From Geosiphon pyriformis uo1 (Eukaryota; Fungi; Glomeromycota): a stretch of DNA of 64,000 nucleotides. A program made the position numbers and the translations under genes. The notes beneath the pieces are model-generated. The model saw nothing but the letters and a program-made list of their open reading frames with translations, did no database searches and was not told the origin of the DNA. The stretch is from the NCBI GenBank assembly GCA_016748015.1, contig JAAOMT010000617.1, positions 504,635 to 568,634 on the forward strand, given 5' to 3'. This document shows, piece by piece, positions 11,758 to 23,471 of the stretch; the stretch's first letter is position 1, and each line of letters starts with the position of its first letter.

Positions 11758-13136
11758 ATAAACATACAAAAATATTAACAATTACAACATTATCTAAATA
11801 CTCAACAGTTCAAGGAGAATTTATCTCATATGGAATGAAGGGGTATCAAACAACAATCAAAATATTTTATCACTTACCAAAATATACTTTATCGGAAAAA
11901 TAGAAGAGATCCAGATTAACCAACTAGAGTAATTACAGAGCCAGAAAAAGAGACAATCTTATTCAACATGCACTCAAATCCAACAGCAGGACATTTTCAC
12001 AAAGAAGCAATCATGGAAAGAACTAGAAAAAGATACTATCGGTCATCAATGTACCCAGACATCATTCAATATGTTCAAAATTGTGATGCTTGTCAGCAAA
12101 GAAGAGGAATAAGACCCAGTAAACCACTAAGACCAATTAAAGTGAGACAACCATTTGACCATATGGGAATTGATTTAGTCAGACCATTAACAATCACCAG
12201 CAGAGGAAACAGATACATAGCAGTAGCTATGGACTATCTCACTAAATGGCCAGAGGCAAAAGCAATTCAAAGAGCAGATGCAGAATCCATTGCCGAATTC
12301 GTTCATCAGGAGTTGATTTGTCAACATGGATATCCAAAAGAATTATTATCAGACCAAGGAACTCATTTTGTGAACAGAACATTAACTGAATTGAGCCAAA
12401 AATTCGGAATCAAAAGACCATTATCATCATTATACCATCTACAAACCAATGGATTGGTAGAAAGATTCAACAGAATGTTGTGTAAAGCAATAGCCAAGCT
12501 CAGCCAAGAAAACCAGAGTAATTGGAATTTGTTCATACCATCAGTACTATTTGCTTATCGGACAATGAAACAAGATACTACACAAGCAACACCATTTGAA
12601 TTAGTATACGAGAGAATAGCAATGTTACCAGTAGAGAGAAAAATTAATACATATTCAGCTGAACCAATAATGAAAATTTTCAAGAAACACTGCTGAGAAG
12701 AACATATGACTTAATGGAAACATTGGAAAACAAATGAAGAAGAACAGCTGATAATATCCAAAAGTCACAAGAAACACAGAAAAAAAGACACAATAGTCAA
12801 CTACCAGACAAACCAGTTGAATTCAAGATCGGAAACAAAGTATTACTACATCATACCAAAGCGGAAAAACAATGGAATGGAAAATTTGACCCCAAATAGG
12901 ACAGACCATTTCACATAAAAGAAATTCTAGGAAATAGAGCTTACAAATTAAGATTGGATAACAAAATTTTAACCAAAGCAGCACATGGAGATTAACTGAA
13001 ACCATATCACAACATCATACTACTATCTACCAGTAATATTCCACAATTAGGAGTACAGAGAATACTAGTCCAACCAGATAAGATTCCATGAGATCTGGAA
13101 CCAATTATTATTATCGACAACAACACATTAAATTGA
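11758..13136 (+). pseudogene. Gypsy-A integrase (HHCC, DDE core, GPY/F-like; no chromodomain)
   Basis: HSNPTAGHF..CDAC, GIDLV, DYLTKW, SDQGTHF, NGLVERFN; one frameshift near 12670; ends LEPIIIIDNNTLN*. Confidence 0.92.
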
Positions 13137-13160
13137 TCCATCAAAAGAATATATAAAGAC

Positions 13161-13823
13161 ATGGTAGACATAACAGAAAATATCAGAAAAATGGAAATTA
13201 CAGACAACATTCACTCACTAGCACAACAACTCTTTCAATTAATCCAACACCAGGAAATGGAGATTACAATCAATTAACAAACTATTCGATATCAAGATAC
13301 TAGAAAGACATTGCAACCCAGAACACAGAAGAAAACTGAAAATACAGTGGACAAAATTATTGCGAAAGTAAAATTAGCAATAATCAAAGAATCGACAAAA
13401 GAGTCATTATATCAAGAGTTGACTAAAAAAATTTGGAATTGATGGATACAACAATTTCCATGAAACTATTGTTATTTTTACTTGGGACAACACATAAATA
13501 TCCAGAATCTATATACGGATAAAACAAAGTAATTATTTGACAAAAAAATACTACAACAATTAGAACATTTTTTGAGAAAGAACAACTTATCCACACAAGC
13601 CTGAGCCATATATCGAATACACACAGCATTTCAGGATAAACCAGAAATATTGCTCAACAGAGAAATGGATATGGTAACTAATAATCAATTGAGAAAAATC
13701 ACCAATGCTCAATTTGAAGAATTACAGACACAAATAACACAAGTAATTCTCAAAAACAAAATCCAGGAAATACTTCAAGAGGGGGAATTACATGAGTTAG
13801 ATTTTGACAGAGCTCAATATTAA
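13161..13823 (+). pseudogene. Gypsy-A extra 3' ORF (ORF-X, ~220 aa, unknown function)
   Basis: ATG to TAA in one frame with five internal TAA/TGA stops (CAA/CGA-type decay); similar to family-B ORF-X. Confidence 0.75.
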
Positions 13824-13836
13824 AAGAAGAGAATAA
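13822..13836 (+). promoter_or_regulatory. Polypurine tract
   Basis: AAAAGAAGAGAATAA abutting the 3' LTR. Confidence 0.8.
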
Positions 13837-14721
13837 TGTTACTCATAGAAATATAGGAATTATATTAGCATAATTATTAGCCAATCAGAAGTAAGCATAG
13901 TAAATGTAAAATTCTAGGATTCCTCTCAGGAATTGCAGGATTCTAGGAATTCCAGGATTCTCAACGAGAAATTGCAGGATTCCAGAATTCCAGGATTCCT
14001 CTCAAAGGAATCGCAGGATTCCAGGAATTCCAGGATTTCTGTCGTAAAGAATCGAAGAATTGAGGAATCTCAATTATGTATATATAGCAGTAGTGTTAGA
14101 AACAGAAAAAGACAGAATTGATACCACAGAATCCTTAGCCAAGAAACTAATCATCAAATACATAATCATTCCATATCTCAATCTACTCTCCACTATCAAC
14201 CCTTCATGTTGATAGTAATTGATACTTAACCATGCTGGAACAATAGCTCTTGATCATGGCTATTGATAGGATACTAATCTGCAAATCACCTTGGCTTATT
14301 TTTTTTCTTTCTTTATTTTCTTTTATTTCTCTTTTTTTATTTTATTTTGATTTGGTTGTTGTATACTAATTGATTAAAGATTAAGTGCTAAGTTATTGAC
14401 ATCAAGGATAGCCTGGTAAAAAACCCAGAAATAAGGGTAGGATTTTATATATTATCAGATAGCTTACCAGAAGGGCACGACTGCCAGAATAAATCCGGCC
14501 ACCAAGCTGAGAAAGAAATTGAGCATAATTATGACTCCAGGACAACTACTACCAACACCACTAAATCTCTGTCTATTATACAAAGGACTCAACCAAAACC
14601 TTCAGATCCATAAAAACCTTCAGATACAACATCTTCAGACCACTATCAACTGCAATTAGCTTTGAGCACCAAGTTACGGGTTTGTTATTTAATTTGACAG
14701 CAGAATTAATCACCTGTAACA
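13837..14721 (+). repeat. Gypsy-A 3' LTR (885 bp)
   Basis: Matches the 5' LTR plus a 22-bp segment missing from it. Confidence 0.96.
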
Positions 14722-14921
14722 TCATACTGAATTGTAAAAAACTTCTTTCAAAAACTTTTTGACTCTTTTTTAGAAATTTGGGATGAAAAAAAGAAAGAAA
14801 TTGTTCTAATTATTTTTATTTATTTTAATATTAATAGAATTATTAATATCTATAAAAAATAAACATAATTTACAAAAATTAATATTAAAAACTTTAACAA
14901 TTTTTAATAACTTAATAATAT
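14722..14921 (-). mobile_element. LINE-alpha 5' remainder (ORF1 N-terminus/5' UTR)
   Basis: Frame continuity across the TSD; the distal boundary is uncertain. Confidence 0.65.
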
Positions 14922-15080
14922 TGTTATGGTTAAAACCTATACTTCTTATTAATTATCATATGTATTAGCCACTAATGTTATATAATTAACCACTTTATTT
15001 TTAGATAGTGATTATTGACCTAATCATTGACCTAATTATTAATCTAGTCGTTGATCTGATCATTAACCACTTTTGATAGC

Positions 15081-15087
15081 TATATAA
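15081..15087 (+). promoter_or_regulatory. Putative LTR-B TATA box
   Basis: GCTATATAAG conserved in most B LTRs just after the 12-bp array. Confidence 0.55.
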
Positions 15088-18000
15088 GTAATAAATCTCT
15101 TAGCTGTAGAAAAGCATGTAAGAATCAAAGAAAGAAAAAAAATAAAATAACAACTTTTATTTCAATCATTCTCTTATTGCTAATTTTCCTTTTCTTACTT
15201 TTAAGTATCTGAACATCTTGGAATAAAAAATTACTTGTTGGTTATTTTTTACCTTTTTCCTAAAACATATAATTGTAGTATTTAAAGATTATTGAATAAA
15301 ATGTGATTGAAGAGTACATTTAATACCTAATATTAAATTTTAAGAGTACTAATGTGAGGCATAGAATTATATCAGTATGTAATTATTTGTTAACAGTACA
15401 GACTATTTTTCTATCTTTAAATTCCTGGTTATCCTTTGAAAAATATAGTGACTGAAATATTTTATGAAACTAATCTCACATATTGAATTTATACTTATTC
15501 AATTCGCTCTTTGAAGTTGAATTTTCTTTGATTCTTTTTTATCACCCTGTAATCTTGTTCTCCCTTGCTATCTGTTAGCTTGTTATTCTAATCTGTAACA
15601 TAAAAGTGGTGCTCTCTGTGAGGTTGTCAAAATCCACTTTGTTTCTTATTATATGGGTGATTATTCATATCTGTTACAACAATCAGAAAAACACTTTAAA
15701 GCACACAACAAAAACAATCTAAACTTTATTAAACTCAATTTTTTGCCCTTCTGCTTGATTTGCTTCCCCATTGAAAAACAATCCAGCAGATAATTCCAAA
15801 ATTTTTGGAACTGGTTTCTGAATGAGCATTTAGCTGAAATCTACATAGTCTATACAACTTATTACTTTGATCAAGCTTATTTTGAAGACAACTTTGAAAA
15901 AAGAAACAACAGCATCAATCAGCTTTTATATTCCACAATCTTTAAACAACAGCTCCCTAATTTCGAATATCTGAATTATCAAATCCATACTTGGATTGCT
16001 GTCCATCAATCAACTAAAACTCCTCTTGAAACAAAAGAAAAATGCTATCAAACTGCTTCTGTTTTTAATCTCTTCTTAAGTGAATTAGAACATTCAACAC
16101 AAACAGTTACTTCTGAACCAATGGCTAATGATCTTATGCAACAAAATATTCTAATTGCCCTCCAAGACATACAAACTGCTTTGAAATGAAGAAACAACAC
16201 TCCACTACTCTTATTCAGAGATGATACACAAAATTCAATTGAATGGTTAGATGATTTTGAGAGAGCAGCTACTGCAAATCAATATAATGATGAATACAAG
16301 TTCTAAATTATTGATGGCTATCTTCAAGGCTCTTCTGCTACTTGGTTCTTACAAGAAACCAATGCCAATGCTTAGCAAAAAATCATTAGATAAACATCAG
16401 CAAATGCTAGAGAAAATAACACCTTTTTTACTATCTGTTTTGAAATGAAATTTAGAACTCCTATCTTAATATCCAAATGGTGTATGGAATTAGAAAAAAA
16501 AACTCAAAGTCCTAGTAAAGTTGTAACTAAGTATGCCAAAGCAATTAGAAAATTAATCAAGTGAATAGATTTTGGAAGAAATTAAACAGAAGAGCAAAAG
16601 ATTTATTCTTTTACAAAAGGATTGAGAACTAATCTTTCCTATGCTCTTTGGTCTCTTCTGGTTCTGAAAGACAATTTCACAATGGACATGGCCATTGAAC
16701 TTGTCCAACAAATTGAAGACAACCAAAAGATGCACTTGGAATTCACATTTTCAGTTTTTGTTTCTGCTCCTATTATGGCTATTGCTCCCCAAATGACTGC
16801 TACCTCTTTTGCTGTCCAAACTCAAGACCCAAATGAACAGTTAATAAATAAATTTACAGCTAATCTTGTCTGGTTACTGGAACTCTTAGCCCAAGCAGTC
16901 AGAGAGAATCAACAACTCCAAAGATCCAAATTTGAACCCTATTTTAATCAACTTCAACAACCCCTTTATTAAAAACAATAAAATCATGGCTTACCCATGT
17001 ATTATTGCTGTGAATTAACTGGACATTTTTCCAGAGATTATAACAATCTTTTTCTGTCTCCTTTAGCTTCCAGAAACAATGACAATTAAAACAATAGAAC
17101 TATCAATAACAATGTTCCCAACCAAAAACCCAATTATACCAACATCAATTTCTTTGGAAAAAATCTCTTAGTTGAAGCCACTGTTTATTAGTCTTTAAAC
17201 TGGTAAATGCACCTTCAAAGATTGAGAGTGCAAGCCAATTAGAAGAAAACCTCTTTTATGCTTTTAATTTAACTGATAATAATCATAACATGGATAAACT
17301 AGCAATTAACACTACTGAATCAACAAGAAAGAAGAAAAAAGCCAAGATTGATTTTGTTATAAATCTAAAGAAAGTCTCCACATCAACAAAGGCTAAAGTT
17401 TTTAAAAACTCTCCAAAGTTGGAACTCCCAAAAATTTTACAAAAATCTGAATCTTATTTTGTTGTTAAAGATCTCATAAAAACACCTGTTCACATTACCT
17501 TTGGCCAGTTAATAACTCATCTCCAATTCAGAAAAGACTTTTGCAAATCCTTGATTCCCAAGAAAAAAACATCAAAAACCAATAAGCACCTATATCAAGC
17601 TGAACTTGCTGACAACAGCAATGTTACTTCTTTTATTTGTAAAGCCCAAGTGGCTGGTTATTTTATTGATCTGATTCTGGACAGTGGATTATCTGTTAGT
17701 GTCATTGCCAAACACTTTTTAGAAGCAATTGGCAGAAAAATTGATGAACTATCTACAAGACCAATAACCAATGTACATGGTGACAAAAAGAAAAATCTGG
17801 GCATAGCCAAAACTGTTTTTGTCCAAATCAATGACATTAGCATTGAAATTGATATGGAAGTATCTAAAGCAAAAGAATATATCATAATAGTTGACAATAA
17901 ATGGCTTAAGAAAGCAAAAGCCTTGCTTAATTATGAACTCTGTAAACTAACCATCAGATGTGGTGAGAAACCCATTGTAGTTAAGTACCACTATTAGACA

Positions 18001-18218
18001 ACTTCTCCAATATCTAAACAAAAACAAGAAGAAGAACAATTAGATGAATCAGATGATAATAAGAGCAATGAAGAAGAAAATCAAAAAGAATAAAAAAAAA
18101 CTGCTGAACTTGCTTATACTATTTTTACTAGCAATGACAAGTCACTAGACAATGTTAAAGCTAACAAAAAAAGAATCATAGTAAATGACAAGCTAATCTT
18201 TTGGCTTTACTATGATAT

Positions 18219-18873
18219 TGTTATGATTAAAACCCATAATTTTTATTAGTTATCACATGTATTAGTCACTGATGTCATATAATTAGCTATTCTATTTTTA
18301 GATAGTGATTATTGACCTAATCAATGACCTGACCGTTAACTTAGTCATTGACCACTTTCAATAGCTATATAAGCAATGAGTCTCTTAGCTGTAGAAAATC
18401 ATCTTTTAGACAAGAATCAAATAAATAAAAATAACAACTTTCATCTTAATCACTCTCTTATCGCTAATTTCTCTTTTCCTATCTTCAAGTATCCGAACAT
18501 CTTAGGATAAAAGATTACTTGTTGGCCTTTTCTTGACATATATAATTGTAGCATTTGAAGATTATTTGAATAAACATGACTGAAAAGCACAAGTTGATAC
18601 CTGATATTGAATTCTAAAAGCACTGATGTGAGACATAGAATTATACTAGTGGTGATCAATTGTTGACAGTACGGACTATCCCTCTACCTTCAGATTCCCC
18701 AGTTACCTTTAAAAAGAATAGCAACTAAGATATTTTATGAAACTGATCTCGCACATTGAATACATACTCATTCAATTTGCTTTTTAAAGTTGAATTCTCT
18801 TTTGATTATTTCTATTACCCTACAATCCTGTTCTCCCTTGCTATCTATTAGCTTGTTACTTCAACCCATAACA
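18219..18873 (+). repeat. Gypsy-B solo LTR inserted in B1 pol
   Basis: Complete LTR flanked by ATAT TSD; host reading (YYDI|LRR) resumes after it. Confidence 0.95.
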
Positions 18874-20499
18874 ATATCTTCAGAAGAAACTTTAATAAAA
18901 AAACTGGCAAGAAAGCAAAATACAGTTATTGGTGACATAGTTCTTGTGCCAGGTACTGGTGTAATAAACCTTTGTATTCCTCTAGTGATGAATGCAAGTC
19001 TTGCCTAATCTATTACAAAGATTGGGAGCCAATTAGTTTGATATCCAGAAAAAAACTAAAAGAAGTACAGAAGTTTTTTGAAAATAAACTACTTAAAATT
19101 CAATTACTAGTTATAGAACAAAAAAAACCTTCATCTGAAGAAAAAAAAGTGGACATTGAAAATCTGTTAGCTAGGAATAGCCCAGTTATCTCAAAAAAAG
19201 GTGATACTCTTAAACAAACTCATATGATACAACACACTATTATCACAAAAAAAACTCATTCTATCCATTTAAAGCCTTATTAATCCAATTAATGCAATAA
19301 TGAGTTTATCAAGAAAGAAATAAACTGAATAAAAAATCTCAGATTCATACAAGAAACCAAGAGTAAATGGGCTTTTCCAGTTGTAGTGGTATTTAAGAAA
19401 GATAAAACCCTATGCTTCTGTGTTAACTACTGCCAATTAAATGTCATTATTATAAGAAACATATATTTACTCCCCAAAATTAATGCAATGCTAGATAAAT
19501 TCAATGGTGCTGCTTTCTTTTCAATTATTAACTTAACTGCTGGATTTTGGCAAGTAGAGATGAATTCAAAAAGCAGAAAAAAAACTGCCTGTATTACCAA
19601 GTATGGTATCTATGAATTTACAGTCATGCCTTTTGGTTTCACTAATGTTTCTTCTACCTTTCAATGTCTAATAAACAAAGTATTTAAATCAGTAAAAGAA
19701 AACTTTGTTTTAGTCTACTTAGACAACATAATAGTCTACTCAAAAACCTGGGATAAATACCTTGAACATTTGCAGAAGGTTTTTGACCTGCTTAGAAATT
19801 TTGGCTTTAAGATCAACCCAATTAAATCTTTTTTTGGATGCCAATCCACCTAGTTCCTTGGTCATTTTATTACAAAAGATGGAATTTTCTCTGACCCTAC
19901 TAAAGTTAAAAAAGTTCAAAACATTAGACAACTAATAAATGTCTTTGAACTACGTTTTTTCTTTGGTTTGGCTTCTTACTATTGCAAATTTATTAAGAAT
20001 TTCTCCAAAATCGCCTTTCCTCTCAATCAGCTATTCAGAAAAAATGTCAATTATTATTGGAGCACTCATCAACAAAAAGCTTTTGAAATTCTAAAAGAAA
20101 AACTTATTACTGAACCAATTCTCAAGCAACTTAATCTGAACCAACCTTTTATTCTTCATACTGATACATCTGGCTATGGACTTGGTGCTGTCTTTTTACA
20201 GAAAAATGAAAATGGCAAAGAACATGCTATAGCATATGCTAGTAGATCCTTTACACCAGCAGAAAAAAACTATTCAGTTACTGAACAGGAATGTTTAGCA
20301 GTAGTTTGGACAACTAGTTACTGGAATCAATATCTTTTGGTGTGAAATTCTTAGTAGTAACAGATCATTAAGCCTTGGTTTGGCTGCACAATAAAAAGAA
20401 ACTGGAACATAAACAAATAATTTGCTGGATACTCCACTTGAATGAATTTGACTATGATATTTAATATTACAAAGGAGCAAATCATCAAAATGCCGATGC

Positions 20500-23471
20500 T
20501 ATTACCAGTAAAATTTTAGTTATTAATTAGCATGAAATTACCTTTCTAATTTCTATTATTAATTAGCATATATTATTATTATTTTGATTATTACTTATTA
20601 TTTAATCAAATTATCAAATATTATTACTTAATCAATAATCCAATTTGTACTATAGAAATTAAGATGATCAAATTACACAATACTCTGAATCATTTAACAT
20701 AGTCAAAATTCGCCGAAATTAATAAAAATTGGCCGAAATAATTAATAGTTCAATAAAATAACTTGTAGTTTGCCAAAATGTATCTTTAGTTTACCCAAAT
20801 TATAGCAAAGAGAAAAGTGCAAGTTCAAAGACTAGTACTACAACAAGTTGTATAAAAGAAGAGCTTCTCTCTTCAAGAAAATGTATCTTCTCACAGTATC
20901 TTAACATAGTATTACTTTAAATATCTTAATTAAAATAAATCACTTTTTACACATTTAAATAAAAATTAAACATTCAAAAACCAAATCCTAAAATTATTAC
21001 ACTTGAAATTCTCTCAACACAATTAACATTTTGAAATTAATTAGCTACCAATTTCAATAAACTGTTAATGACTCCAGACCTGGATAGAAAACGTTTTCCT
21101 TGATAAAATTCTATTTCTTTTATATTTCTTTTATATTTCTTTTTTTTTTATTATAATTATTAAGGTAGTCTACAAATGAGATTTCTGTAGAAGAGTTGAC
21201 TTTTACAGCAAAGTAACTACACATTTTTAGTGAGCTTTCAGACAAGCAATTCCTGGAAAAGAGTTGATGTTTACTACAATGTAACTACACAAAGTAACTG
21301 GTATGGAATTGGCTATTCTACTCATAAGCTCAGCAGTTCAAATTATAGGAAATAATTTAAAGATAAATTCAGTTACTGGAGGTCCAACTACTTCCTAAGA
21401 ATGTGAATTCACAGCAAATTAACATTAACAACATTCAAGAAAAAAGACCAAAAACTTCTGGTAATATTTGGTGCTTTTTCATGGAAATAACACAGCAACA
21501 ACAAATTCAAAGTGGTGATCACACCAGACACAACAACTCTAAAGTATTATCAGTCAATTTACACCCATTGCAAACAGAGATTCAACATTTCAGACGGAAT
21601 TGAAATTGTTAAAAAGACATTTTACCAGTATATTAAAAACTGCATCAACAATTATCTTCTTAGAAATTACAACATTTCAGAAGTTAGAAGCAACCTCTAC
21701 AATAATTTAGTGCACTATTCACAGTTGGAAACTGAAAACCTTAACAGTGAAACAATTGCCACCTACTTCCAAGAACTTAATTTTAACATTATCAAGTATT
21801 GTAAAGAAATATATCTAATACAGTCTAAATACTCTATTGACTTTAAATCAGAGACAGAAACAAACAACAAAGGCAAACAAAAACTGAAACAACACTCAAG
21901 TACTACTCCAAATACTCCAAAAACACCAAAGACAACCACCAAACACTTACAAACACCTAAACAAGAAACCAGTGTTAAATTACCACTTTCTATTACACTA
22001 TTTTCAATTTTACCTGCTCGACCACAAATACCAAATTCACCACTTAACTATTTTTTCAGACCAGAAGATTTTCAGTCACTTAGAAATTCTATTCAACAGC
22101 AGAAACCAATATCAACCAGCACCAATATTATTGATTACTTACAAGAAAACAAAAGTAATTATTCAGAGAACTTAGAAAGTAAGGAAACTGAATCAGAACA
22201 AGAAAAAACTACAGAAAATAAAGAAGAAATGGCAACTGCTTACATTGCAAAAATTCCAGAATTTACTGGTGAAAATAATAATACCAGCTCTCAAAAATGG
22301 CTTGACAATGTACAGAAAGCAGGAGATGCAAATGGTTAGAATGCAGCAAAAATGCTCAAAGCAATCTCATACTTTTTTTAAGGAACTACAGAAGAATGAT
22401 TTGAAAACTTAGAAAAACCATTTAGAAACTGGCAAGCATTCAAAAATGCTTTCTTACAACAATTCACTAACAACAACACTTCTATTACTCTTTGCAATCA
22501 CTTTCACAATATCAAACAAGAAACATCTGAAACTGTTATGACTTATCTTGGAAAATTCAATAAACTTCTTAGACAAATTCAACAATTAGAAACCAATGAC
22601 TACTATTCTGATGTCCAGATTCTGGATCAGTTTATAGCAGGATTAAAAGACAAATTAATCAAAAAAGTTTGCCCACATGCTCCAGAAGATCTAGTAACAG
22701 CCATTAGACATGCAAAGAACTATGAAATGGCAATAAAAGAAGCAAACCATATCAAACTTATTAAACTAACTATTGGAAAAACCAGCACAGCAGCTGAAGA
22801 GAAAATAGACCAACTCACAAAAAAGGTTGAAAACTACTTTACAAACCAACAACAACAGCAGCAGCAATCACAAAGATATCAACCATCACAATAACACAAT
22901 TAAAACAATTTTGGATTACTATTTAACAACCAATCTCAAAATTGTTATTATTGTGGAATCTCAGGACATTGGAAACAAGATTGCAGAAAATTGCAAAGAG
23001 ACCAACAAAACAGGAGTAATTAATGTTACTCTTCACCACAACAATCTTATTACCAATGCCTACTACTAATTTATTACTTATCAAGACCACAAAAACAAAA
23101 CAGTTACTATCAACCAGCTCCACAACCAATGCAGCAACAATATCAGCAACCTTTACCAATCTAGCAATATCAAACACTATTTACTCAATAATATTAAATA
23201 CCAATCAGAAAATTGGTCTAACAAAACCAATTCACATCACAAAACCGTTTTTTAACAAACCACAATAGATTTAACTCCAATAATTAACTAGTTCCCCAAA
23301 ATTCTGTTCAACAAAGACCCACTCAGTTTCACACTCAACCCAGTTATTTAACAATGCAAGAAAAATCGGATTTTTAACAAACTGCACTTTTTGAAGGTAA
23401 AATTGCAGCCCAAATTGCCCAAAATGACAATCTTTCAGATATATTTTCATTCAAATTTGAAGCAAATGAAT
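20500..23471 (+). mobile_element. Gypsy-C: 5' LTR (20500-21466), PBS-like site (21469) and gag fragment
   Basis: Terminal inverted repeat TATTACCAG...CTGGTAATA followed by TGGTGC; gag similar to family A (AYIAKIPEFTGE, ILDQFIAGL, CYYCGISGHWKQDC). Confidence 0.8.

Larger units (their letters stand above)
4551..14721 (+). mobile_element. Gypsy-A full-length LTR retrotransposon (10.2 kb) with dUTPase
   Basis: Paired TGT..ACA LTRs, PBS, PPT, gag-PR-dUT-RT-RH-IN order; 4-bp TSD TCGT/TCAT (one G>A); removing it restores LINE ORF1 (FFTIQY|DKSKPF). Confidence 0.96.
14922..20499 (+). mobile_element. Gypsy-B copy B1 (5' LTR 14922-15600, PBS 15607, gag-PR-RT-RH), heavily decayed, cut by Gypsy-C
   Basis: LTR TGTTATGG..GTAACA, PBS TGGTGCTCTCTGTGAGG, gag from 15653, LILDSG, MPFGF, YLDN, HTDTS; ends at QNADA. 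Confidence 0.92.

Noticed and set aside
12990-13136. Integrase chromodomain
   Set aside because: No Y.VKW.G-type motif; the C-terminus ends in a short PIIII/PVVVI tail
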